This document shows positions 52,073 to 60,500 of a stretch of 64,000 nt of DNA, in pieces. The DNA lies in assembly GCA_965223325.1 (NCBI GenBank), contig CBDCWI010000002.1, positions 576,001 through 640,000 of the forward strand, in the 5' to 3' direction. Position numbers and translations under genes: made by a program. The stretch's first letter is position 1. Every line of letters starts with the position of its first letter. Source of the stretch: Candidatus Multivoradales bacterium. GTDB taxonomy: Bacteria > Acidobacteriota > Thermoanaerobaculia > Multivoradales > Multivoraceae. Below the pieces are notes generated by a model. That model had not been told where the DNA came from, did no database searches, and worked only from the letters and a program-made list of their open reading frames with translations.

Positions 52073-53728
52073 ATGTTGCTCGACTTCTACGGCTTCGAAA
52101 CCAACCCCTTCCACCCGTCACGGGACCCGCAGTTCTACTACGCCTCGCGCTCGCACCGCGAAGCGAGCGCGCTCATCCGTCGGGCGGTCGAGGAGCGCGG
52201 CGGTCTGGTGGTCGTGACGGGTGACGGTGCGTGCGGAAAGACCAGCCTGCTCGAAGCTCTCAAGCGACAGGAGTGGCCTGATGGGGTCATCTCGGTGACC
52301 TTCCTCAATCCCCTCATTACGTTCTCGAAGCTTCTGCATAGCATCCATGAGAGGCTTTTCCCCGACCTCACGCCGGCACCGACCCAAAACGAGTTGCTCG
52401 GCCAGCTGACCCGAGAACTCTCACGCCCAAGTACCCGCCATTGGCGCGTTCTCCTCCTGATCGACGAGGCACAACACCTGCCACCCGATACGGCCGCCCA
52501 ACTCGGTCGGTTGCTGGCGATCAAGAACAGCAACGGTCGGGTTTTCCAGATCGTGCTCTCAGGCCAAGAGGAACTCAACCATCGTCTCGAGGACGAACGC
52601 CTCTCCCACCTTCCGGCGCTCATCCACTCGCGCTGTGAGATCTCAGCTCTCGAGCCGGGCGAAGTCGCCGCCTACGTCGACCACCGCATCCGCGCAGCCC
52701 TGGCGATGGACGCCGATCCCGAGGGCTTCTTCACGCGCGAAGCCCTGGAGCGCATCGGCGCGGTCTCGGAGGGGCGACCGGGCCGAATCAACCGCTATTG
52801 CCACGAGGTTCTGACAGCCGGAGCTCGGTTTCGGGAACGCCCCGTCTCCCTGGCAACCGCGAGGTCTATTCTTCCTGCCGACCCAGAAGAAAAGCGACGG
52901 TCGCCGCGCTGGCTGCCGACTCTGGCCGCCGCCGCCACCGTCTTCTTGTTGGTGACCGCCGGCTGGATGGCGGTGGGCCGATGGGGCAAAGAGCCGCTGC
53001 AACAGAGCGCCAGCGATCGCGGCCCGGCAGCCGTGCCAACGTCTAGCGCTAGCCAACCAGGCGAAAGCCCCGGCAGGAGCGAACTCACAAACGCCAGCGA
53101 AGCGACGGTCGGTGAGCAGATTGACGACCGTACGGTGTTCGTCGACTCCGGAGAGCAGGCAGCTGGTGCTTCAGATGCAGCCCTCGAACAACGCGTCGAC
53201 ACCTGGGTCAACACCTTGAGTGGACTCGAAAGCGAGCAGGCTGCGCTGATCGTCGTGGGAGCCGAACGCACCCCTTCAGACGCTGCCCTGCCAGGAGGTA
53301 GCACCAAGAACGGGAACGCAAACCAATTCGAAACACCGGCCGCTGAACCAGCCATCCAAACCGCCGAGCGCGGCGCAACGCCCGATGGCGCGCCTCGAGG
53401 TCGCCAGCCGGGCACCGACGACACGACGGTACGAACTCCGCTGGTGGTCACGCCCAGCGAGTTCGAGACCCTGACCGTCGCGCCAGCTCCCGAGCCCGGG
53501 GCGGCAATCACCAGCGGCGCGCAACTCTCCATCGTCTCCTACCCCGCCGCCACCGTTCTGGTCGACGGAGTGAGCATCGGAACAACCCCTGTCATGGGGT
53601 TCAAGGTGGGTGCCGGCAGGCACCTGGTCGAGGTGGTCAGCAATGGACGGCGACAGGTCAGAACCGAAGTCATCCGCGAGCGCGAACATCGCCAGTTGAG
53701 CTTTCGCTTCGACAAGGAACCGCCCTGA
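52073..53728 (+). CDS. ExeA/GspA-like AAA ATPase with TM segment and C-terminal PEGA-like domain
   Basis: FYGF..NPF, TGDGACGKT, LIDEAQ, SGQEEL, G.PGRIN; P.A.V.VDG..IGTTP. Confidence 0.85.
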   Translation: MLLDFYGFETNPFHPSRDPQFYYASRSHREASALIRRAVEERGGLVVVTGDGACGKTSLLEALKRQEWPDGVISVTFLNPLITFSKLLHSIHERLFPDLTPAPTQNELLGQLTRELSRPSTRHWRVLLLIDEAQHLPPDTAAQLGRLLAIKNSNGRVFQIVLSGQEELNHRLEDERLSHLPALIHSRCEISALEPGEVAAYVDHRIRAALAMDADPEGFFTREALERIGAVSEGRPGRINRYCHEVLTAGARFRERPVSLATARSILPADPEEKRRSPRWLPTLAAAATVFLLVTAGWMAVGRWGKEPLQQSASDRGPAAVPTSSASQPGESPGRSELTNASEATVGEQIDDRTVFVDSGEQAAGASDAALEQRVDTWVNTLSGLESEQAALIVVGAERTPSDAALPGGSTKNGNANQFETPAAEPAIQTAERGATPDGAPRGRQPGTDDTTVRTPLVVTPSEFETLTVAPAPEPGAAITSGAQLSIVSYPAATVLVDGVSIGTTPVMGFKVGAGRHLVEVVSNGRRQVRTEVIREREHRQLSFRFDKEPP

Positions 53729-54558
53729 TGAAGCGGAGAGCCCTGTGGGTCGTCGCCGCGAGTCTGCTTGCGAGCGCACTCTCGGCGGGCAACCTGGTAG
53801 CGCAGCAGCCACCTGCCGACGCACAAGGGGCGCTCGAGACAGCACAGCGCCTTTTGCGCCTCGAACGACCGGAGGAGGCCATGCAGCTCCTTGATGCGGC
53901 GCTCGAGCGTTGGCCTAGCGACCAAGGTCTCGCGACTCTGCGAGCCTTCGCCCGTTCGCGCCTGGTTGACGAACGCGAGCGCTTGATCGAGGTCGGCCTG
54001 GCCTCATTCTTCGACGACCCCGCCCGCAGCTGCCGAGCGTGGAGTCGGCTGCTCGAAATCGATCCCGACGATGAGGCAGCCGCCCGCTACATCAGTATCC
54101 TCAGTCAAGAAGTCGAACACCAGGCACAGGCACTCGAGCGCCAGTTCCACAGCCAACTCGAACGCGCAGCGTGGCCGGAAGCAGCGGCTCTGATCGACCG
54201 CGTCGAGGATCTCGAGTGCGTCTACCGGCGTAGCGCCGACCTGCGGGCACAGCTCGTTGAAGTGCGCACCGAGACCCTCCGCGCGACGATTCTCATGCGC
54301 TCTTCCGAAGCCTTCCTGGGACAATGCCAACCAGCCGAGGCACTTCTGCGAACAGCGGTCGGCGAACCGAACCTGGCGGCCGGTGAAACCGCCACGGCGT
54401 ACCTCGCCCTGGGCTCGTGCGAATCGCTCACCTCACTCGAAACCGCACGCCAATCGTTTCGGCGCGCCCTGGCCTTCGACGGCGACGCCCGTCTGCCGTC
54501 TCACGCGCGCCCCGAGCTGCACGCCCTGCTTTCCGAGTTGCGGGGCCGGGAACGCTAG
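53728..54558 (+). CDS. Secreted TPR-like helical protein
   Basis: Signal peptide, TPR-like helices (LERWP, LEIDP, FRRAL..D); coupled to the upstream stop. Confidence 0.7.
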   Translation: MKRRALWVVAASLLASALSAGNLVAQQPPADAQGALETAQRLLRLERPEEAMQLLDAALERWPSDQGLATLRAFARSRLVDERERLIEVGLASFFDDPARSCRAWSRLLEIDPDDEAAARYISILSQEVEHQAQALERQFHSQLERAAWPEAAALIDRVEDLECVYRRSADLRAQLVEVRTETLRATILMRSSEAFLGQCQPAEALLRTAVGEPNLAAGETATAYLALGSCESLTSLETARQSFRRALAFDGDARLPSHARPELHALLSELRGRER

Positions 54559-54720
54559 TACCCCGTACCATTGAAACGGATAGTGGCTGAGCGGATGATC
54601 GTGCTCGAGATCAAGGCGTCACGACAGAGGCATATTGGTGATCTGTCGAGGAGTGACAACACAGAGATCGAGCGCGAGGACCGCGCAGACGCTGTGCGTT
54701 TCAATGGTACGGGGTACTAG
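54555..54720. mobile_element. MITE-like element with perfect 24-bp terminal inverted repeats
   Basis: CTAGTACCCCGTACCATTGAAACG (54555-54578) ... CGTTTCAATGGTACGGGGTACTAG (54697-54720); non-coding, lower GC. Confidence 0.88.
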
Positions 54721-55877
54721 GAGCCCGAAGCGGGAGCCACCAGCCGTACGATCCCGCGGCGCGCCAGCCCGTGGATCAAGAGGCGCGAATCCATCGGAGG
54801 CGTCGGCATGCGCCGGAGCAAGGCATCGACGCTCGAGCGGCCGTCGACTCGTTGCGCCAGGAACTCCTCCTCGACCGACAGATCGAGTTGCGGAAAATCG
54901 CTCGGCGGCTTGAGCAGCACTGGCACCGCTCGATCGATCACCCCTGCCTCTTCGAGCGCACTCTCGAGCGACTCTTCGACGTGCGCGACGCGTTCCGTCA
55001 GCTCACCTGTGGGTGGCATCAGAGTTCTCGCGGCAACCGCGTAGCGCTGCGCGCGCGCCAGATCGCCCGATTCGAGGCAGCGCTCTGCGACCTGAATGAG
55101 GTTGTCGCTATCGACCACGGGAATACCCGTCGACATGCCGAGACCAGACGAGCTCTCACGATGTGGGTTCGGCGGCGCGACGATCTTGAGGCGGCCACGC
55201 TCGATGCGGGTCATCAGGATGCAGCAGGCTTCGAAGACACCGGTGCGCGCGCGGTTGGCGATCTCCTGCACCGTGCGATGGTCGTTGACCTCACGCAGCA
55301 CGGCGCGCTCGTCCGGTTCCAGGGCACCGTCATCGAGAAAGCCAATGGCCACCGGAATGCCGCGGCCAGCGCTGGGAAAAATGGAGTTCAACCGTCGCCA
55401 CTGGGCTCTTCGCCGTCGTCCCTCCTCGACCAGGGCAGTGACCTCGAACGCCGTGTCCCAGGGTGCGCTGGCACGAAGGCGTTCGCGGTCTTCGAAACGA
55501 AAGCGACCCTCGTTCCACTCCAGGACGTCGAAGGTCGCCTCGCGCGTCTTCTGTGAAAGAGCGCGTGCCAGGTCACGCGGAACCACCAGCCCGTGACGAA
55601 CCAGATAGCTACCGAGAAGCCGACCTTCGGCGTGGGCGGCGTCACACGCATCGGCGATCTCCTGGGCGCTCAAGAGGCCCCACGCGAGCAGTTGGTGGCT
55701 CAAGTACTCGTGCGGATCACTCGACGACGCGCCAACGACACGACCACGATCGAAGTAGAGGCCCTTCTCTCGCCCGCCACTCTCGAAGACCAGGGCACCC
55801 GATTGATCGGCGCCCGCCCAGGCCAACAACTCCGCCACGTCCGCTGCGTTCAGATCGCCGCTGACCATCGCCTGCAT
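54717..55877 (-). CDS. DUF4388 domain protein
   Basis: GDL....VAELL, SG.L, LYFDRG.V..A, LGSYLV, W.EG.F.F, EG.RR. Confidence 0.85.
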   Translation of the reverse strand: MQAMVSGDLNAADVAELLAWAGADQSGALVFESGGREKGLYFDRGRVVGASSSDPHEYLSHQLLAWGLLSAQEIADACDAAHAEGRLLGSYLVRHGLVVPRDLARALSQKTREATFDVLEWNEGRFRFEDRERLRASAPWDTAFEVTALVEEGRRRRAQWRRLNSIFPSAGRGIPVAIGFLDDGALEPDERAVLREVNDHRTVQEIANRARTGVFEACCILMTRIERGRLKIVAPPNPHRESSSGLGMSTGIPVVDSDNLIQVAERCLESGDLARAQRYAVAARTLMPPTGELTERVAHVEESLESALEEAGVIDRAVPVLLKPPSDFPQLDLSVEEEFLAQRVDGRSSVDALLRRMPTPPMDSRLLIHGLARRGIVRLVAPASGS

Positions 55878-55910
55878 CCCCTCACCTGCTGTGTGCCGTT
55901 CGACACCGAA

Positions 55911-55940
55911 TTGACTCTATGGCTATGGTTATACAATACT
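55911..55940 (+). promoter_or_regulatory. Possible sigma-70-type promoter in a divergent intergenic region
   Basis: TTGACT followed by TATACAATACT in a rare AT-rich patch; spacing is not ideal. Confidence 0.35.
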
Positions 55941-56121
55941 TGGCTTGCCCCGTCCGTCTCTGCGCCATCACGCATGCTATCCCAATTCCCCAGAAATCCC
56001 AGGGAACTGGCGATCTCACGCCTTGGCCTTTCGCGCTCGCCGTATCGGCGAACGTACTGCATGCTCTCGGGATCAGCGTCCAGCCGCGAAAGCGCTCAGA
56101 AGACGCTCTCGGAACGACACT

Positions 56122-58731
56122 TTGAAGAAGCCCCGGTCCACTCGTCTGTCTTTGATTTTGCCCCTGGTCATCGCCGGCCTGCTGGGGGCGAGTACCCTGG
56201 CGCGCGCCCAGGTCGCGATCTCTGAACTCCACTACCACCCAAGCGACGCAGAGCCCGGCGAGTTCCTCGAGCTCACCAACACGAGCGGCGCTTCTGTCAA
56301 CCTCGGTGGCTGGTGCCTGAGCGAGGGGGTCGATTACTGCTTCCCCGCCGCGACCACCCTCGCCGCGGGCGGCTTCCTGGTAGGAGCTGAAGACCCGGCA
56401 GAGTTTCAAGGCACCTTCGGATCAGCCCCCGACTTCGTCTACGACGGCAAGCTTTCGAACGGCGGCGAGAGCCTCGAACTCCACAATGCGATCCAGAACC
56501 TGGTCGACCGGGTCGACTACGACGACGCGGGCAACTGGCCGGTAACCCCCGACGGTCTTGGCCCCTCGCTCGAGCGCATCGACGTGACGCTCGACGGCAC
56601 CACGCCACGCAACTGGGCCGCTTCGTCAGGCAGCCCGACGCCGCGAGCGACCAACAGCGTCGCCGCCACTGGCCTGCCGGCCTTCCTCAGCGAGCTGGCT
56701 CACGGCGAGGCCAGCGAGGCGACGCCGCTAGTGGTCACGGTTCGAGCCGAAGACGCGTCGAGCGTTTCTCTCACCTACCGGATCGACTTCGGTCCGGACC
56801 AGACGATCGCCATGTTCGACGACGGCGCTTCCGGTGACGGGGCCGCTGGCGACCTCGTCTACGGAGCCGCCATTCCTGGCCAGCCAACCGGCACCCTGAT
56901 TCGCTACCGCGCAACCGCCGAGGGGGCCAACGGTGGCGCGAGTACGCCGCGTGTCGACGACACCATCACCTGGCGCGGCACGATGATCGAGTACGAGATC
57001 GCCACCGCTCTGCCGGTTTTTCACTGGTGGATCGAAGCCGGCGACTATCAGGCGGCGGTCGACCACAAGTTCAGCGACGAAACCGAGCCGGCATTGCTCT
57101 ACTACGACGGCGAGCTCTGGGACGGCGTGCGAATCCGCGTTCGAGGTGGGACCTCGCGACAGTGGGACAAGCTGCAGTGGAAGTTCATCATGCCGCAGGG
57201 GCACGACTTCGTCGCGCCCGACCTCCTGCTCGGGCCAGTCGACCGCCTCAACCTCAACAGTGGCTACTCTGACAAAACCCACCTGCGCGAAACCCTGGGC
57301 TGGGAAACTGTCGCCGCCGCTGGCCTCCCCGCCTCACTGGCGTTCCCGATCAGGCTCGAACGCAACGGCTCGTTTCATGGGCTCTTTACCTTCATCGAAC
57401 AACCCGACGGTGAATGGTTCGATCGCATCGAGCTCGATGGTGACGGAGCACACTACAAGTCGGGCAGTGACTGTCGCGCGTTGCCGATCATCGACCTCGA
57501 GTTCTTCTACGAGAAGAAGACGCGCGAAGACGAGGGGCACGACGATCTCAAGGCCTTTCTCGACGGCATCGCGGCCGCCGAGGGCGACCCCGAGGCGCGC
57601 ACTGGCCTGCTGCGGGAGCACTTCGACCTGCCAGCGCAGATCAACTACATGGCGGTGATGACGCTGTTGCATAGCAACGACCATGTGGCCAAGAACTTCT
57701 ACCTCTATCGCGACACCGAAGGTACCGGCCGCTGGCACACGCTGGCCTGGGACCTCGACCTGATTCTCGGCCGTAGCTACCAGGGTGAGGTTCTCAACGA
57801 TCGCATGTTCGCCGCCGACGACATCATCGAGGGGCGCCCTGATGTCAGCCCGAGCCATCCCCTGTTCGGCGACCGCACCCACCAGAAGTGGGACTTTTTC
57901 TGGAATCGCTGCATCGACATCGTGCTTTCAGACGACGAGACACGGAGCCTGTACTACCGTCGCCTCCGCACCTTGATGGACTCTCTCCTCACCGCCGGGG
58001 TCTTTGAACAGCGCCTTGACGAACTCGCGGCATTGATCGCGCCCGAAGCCGCGCTCGATCGCTTAGAACCGTGGGGCCAGTGGGGCGAGGCGCAGACCCT
58101 GGCCGAGGCCGTCAGTATTCTCAAGGACGAGCATCTGACGCCCCGCCGCCAGCATCTCTTCGTCTCCCATCGCACCGCGGGCGAGATCCCACCCGCCCAG
58201 ACCGGCGATGACGAGGAGCGCGTGCGCATCGTCGAGATCATGTACGCCCCCGCCTCGGGCAGCGACGCCGAGTTCGTCGAGTTGTGGAACGGAGCGGACA
58301 CCGCAGTCGACCTCAGTGGTTGGACGCTCGAGGGGACCGACACGGTCCTGCGCGGCGGCACGGTCATTCCCGCCAAGGGAACCCTTCTCCTGGTGCGCGC
58401 CGACACAGTCTTTCGCACCATCCATGGAGGCACACTTCTCGTCGGCGGCGAAACCGAAGACGAGCTGGCCGACTCAGGGGTCGAGCTCATCCTGCGGAAC
58501 GCGGACGGCCTGGAGATCGACCGGGTGCCCTACCTCGCGACCGCACCCTGGCCGACCGCGGCCGGCACTTCGCTGGTGCGTCGCCATCCCGACCTCGCGG
58601 GCGCCGACCCCGCGAGTTGGGCGGCCAGTGAAGAAGAGGGCGGTAATCCCGGGACGCTGTGGGTCGAATCGCTGTTCGAAGACGGCTTCGAGTCGGGCGG
58701 AGTCAACCAGTGGTCCTTTGCCCGCCACTGA
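56122..58731 (+). CDS. Secreted CotH kinase-family protein with two lamin-tail domains
   Basis: ISELHYHP..EFLEL.N and IVEIMY..EFVELWN (LTD); RVRGGTS, LRE, NDH..KNFYLY, WDLDL; C-terminal LFEDGFESG. Confidence 0.88.
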   Translation: MKKPRSTRLSLILPLVIAGLLGASTLARAQVAISELHYHPSDAEPGEFLELTNTSGASVNLGGWCLSEGVDYCFPAATTLAAGGFLVGAEDPAEFQGTFGSAPDFVYDGKLSNGGESLELHNAIQNLVDRVDYDDAGNWPVTPDGLGPSLERIDVTLDGTTPRNWAASSGSPTPRATNSVAATGLPAFLSELAHGEASEATPLVVTVRAEDASSVSLTYRIDFGPDQTIAMFDDGASGDGAAGDLVYGAAIPGQPTGTLIRYRATAEGANGGASTPRVDDTITWRGTMIEYEIATALPVFHWWIEAGDYQAAVDHKFSDETEPALLYYDGELWDGVRIRVRGGTSRQWDKLQWKFIMPQGHDFVAPDLLLGPVDRLNLNSGYSDKTHLRETLGWETVAAAGLPASLAFPIRLERNGSFHGLFTFIEQPDGEWFDRIELDGDGAHYKSGSDCRALPIIDLEFFYEKKTREDEGHDDLKAFLDGIAAAEGDPEARTGLLREHFDLPAQINYMAVMTLLHSNDHVAKNFYLYRDTEGTGRWHTLAWDLDLILGRSYQGEVLNDRMFAADDIIEGRPDVSPSHPLFGDRTHQKWDFFWNRCIDIVLSDDETRSLYYRRLRTLMDSLLTAGVFEQRLDELAALIAPEAALDRLEPWGQWGEAQTLAEAVSILKDEHLTPRRQHLFVSHRTAGEIPPAQTGDDEERVRIVEIMYAPASGSDAEFVELWNGADTAVDLSGWTLEGTDTVLRGGTVIPAKGTLLLVRADTVFRTIHGGTLLVGGETEDELADSGVELILRNADGLEIDRVPYLATAPWPTAAGTSLVRRHPDLAGADPASWAASEEEGGNPGTLWVESLFEDGFESGGVNQWSFARH

Positions 58732-58759
58732 GCCACGGAGATCCTCAAACCTAGTTTTT

Positions 58760-58775
58760 CGGCATATTTCTTGCA
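58760..58775 (+). promoter_or_regulatory. Candidate sigma-54 promoter
   Basis: CGGCATATTTCTTGCA is a close match to TGGCAC-N5-TTGCA, about 80 bp upstream of the PilZ gene. Confidence 0.6.
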
Positions 58776-58852
58776 AATCTACGGGCGGAGCCGTGCGCTT
58801 ACCCCTCGGTCCTTTCGGCCTCCCTTGACTCTCGGCGCACAAACCTCTTGCC

Positions 58853-59575
58853 ATGAGTGATTTGCCCCCATCGCCCCAACGCGACGACTCGCTCGTCCTG
58901 CCGATTCGTGATGAGCGACTGCCCGCCGCTGGTTTACGGGGTTCGCTGCCGCTCACTGCGGCCGGGACTCTGGTTGATCTGAGCCTCGAGGGCCTCGGCC
59001 TCGACACCTCTGAGGCCCTGCCGGTCGGCGAAAGCTACCGTCTCGACCTCAACTGCCAGGGTGACCAGCTGACAATCGACGGCACTTTGCGGTGGCAGCA
59101 GTTGTCGGCGCTCGACACCGGAATCGACGGCCAACAGCTACCGCGCTACCGAACGGGCATCCAGCTTCCTCCGTCCACCAGCGAGCGGCGCTCGGTGTCG
59201 CGGTTTCTCGATCGTCACGCCGGCCCGCAAAATGGCGAACGGGTTCCCCCACGCTGGCACCTCAGGCGCCCCGCCGTGCTCGCGCTGCAGGCCGAGTTTC
59301 CGTTCGAGGTCTCGACGGTCAGTCGGTCCGGCATGCTGATCGATGTTCCGGTTCGATTGGGTCCTGGAGAACCCGTCGAGCTGGCGCTCGTACTCCCCGA
59401 GGAGGCGAAGCGCGATACCGACAGGCTTCGGGTTCAAGCGGAGACCGTCGAGGCGCACCTCTTGCGCACCGACGGCGGCGCCGAACGTCGCCTGGCTCTG
59501 CGCTTCGTGCAGCGCGGCGAAGGTTACGCCCGGTTGCGGGCCTGGATCGACCACCGGCTTCAGGTCGAAGTCTAG
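58853..59575 (+). CDS. Tandem PilZ-domain protein
   Basis: DLSLEG and VSRSGM motifs, RxxxR-like ERVPPR, GIQ/ALRF termini. Confidence 0.7.
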   Translation: MSDLPPSPQRDDSLVLPIRDERLPAAGLRGSLPLTAAGTLVDLSLEGLGLDTSEALPVGESYRLDLNCQGDQLTIDGTLRWQQLSALDTGIDGQQLPRYRTGIQLPPSTSERRSVSRFLDRHAGPQNGERVPPRWHLRRPAVLALQAEFPFEVSTVSRSGMLIDVPVRLGPGEPVELALVLPEEAKRDTDRLRVQAETVEAHLLRTDGGAERRLALRFVQRGEGYARLRAWIDHRLQVEV

Positions 59576-59726
59576 GTGAGGGGCAAGCCACGGGCCGCGG
59601 CATCAGGGCGCCCCGGGGCGGTCCCCATCTTGTAGCCTCCAGGAGCCCGTTAGCGCCTCCCGACGCTCGACATCGACTTCTGGCTCTGGTGCCACGTGCC
59701 GGCCATCCACCCGGGAACCCTCCCCC

Positions 59727-60500
59727 TTGCCCCCGACCGATTTCAGAGACCCACTTCACACCGAAACCGCGCTCGCGGATCGGGTTCAGTCGCTCGCCGC
59801 ACGCTTGCGGGCGATCGACCCTCTAGCCAGCGAGTTCACCGACCGTCGTCTCGAGCGCATGCTCGAGGTCGCGTGTCGGCGCCTGGTTTCGATCACGCTG
59901 ATCCTCGAAGATCTCTGGGACCCCCACAACGCCTCGGCGATCATCCGAAGCGCCGAAGGCCTGGGTCTCGACTCGGTTCACTTTGTCGAAGCCGGCAACC
60001 GCTATCGCCGCAACCGCGGCGTGCTCAAAGGAGCCGATCGCTGGCTCAGCATCGAGCGCTACACCGCCACCGAGGACGTGTTCTCGGCATTGCGTCAGCG
60101 TGGTTTCAGAGTCGCGGTCGCCGACGCCAGCGAAGATCCCGTCCGCCAACAGTCGGCGCGAACTCTAGAAGAGCTCCCGGTCGATTCTCCCCTAGCGATT
60201 GTCATGGGCGCCGAAAAGAATGGACCGTCACAAGCCGCGCTCGAGCTTTCAGACCACACGTTCACCGTGGCGATGGCCGGCTTCACCACCAGCTTCAACG
60301 TTTCGGTGAGCGCAGCGATCGCGCTCTTTGACGTCACCCGGCGACGACGAGACCACCTGGGTGCAATGGGTGAGCTCGACGACAGGGAGATCCTCGACCG
60401 CGTCCGCGACTGGATGGAGGCGACGATCAACCGACGGACTCCGCCCGGACTGCGGCCACGCAGTCGACACCACGGTTCAGAATCGGCCCCCGAATCGTGA
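59727..60500 (+). CDS. TrmH/SpoU family RNA 2'-O-methyltransferase
   Basis: DPHNASAIIRSAE, MGAEKNG, MAGFTTSFNVSV. Confidence 0.9.
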   Translation: MPPTDFRDPLHTETALADRVQSLAARLRAIDPLASEFTDRRLERMLEVACRRLVSITLILEDLWDPHNASAIIRSAEGLGLDSVHFVEAGNRYRRNRGVLKGADRWLSIERYTATEDVFSALRQRGFRVAVADASEDPVRQQSARTLEELPVDSPLAIVMGAEKNGPSQAALELSDHTFTVAMAGFTTSFNVSVSAAIALFDVTRRRRDHLGAMGELDDREILDRVRDWMEATINRRTPPGLRPRSRHHGSESAPES

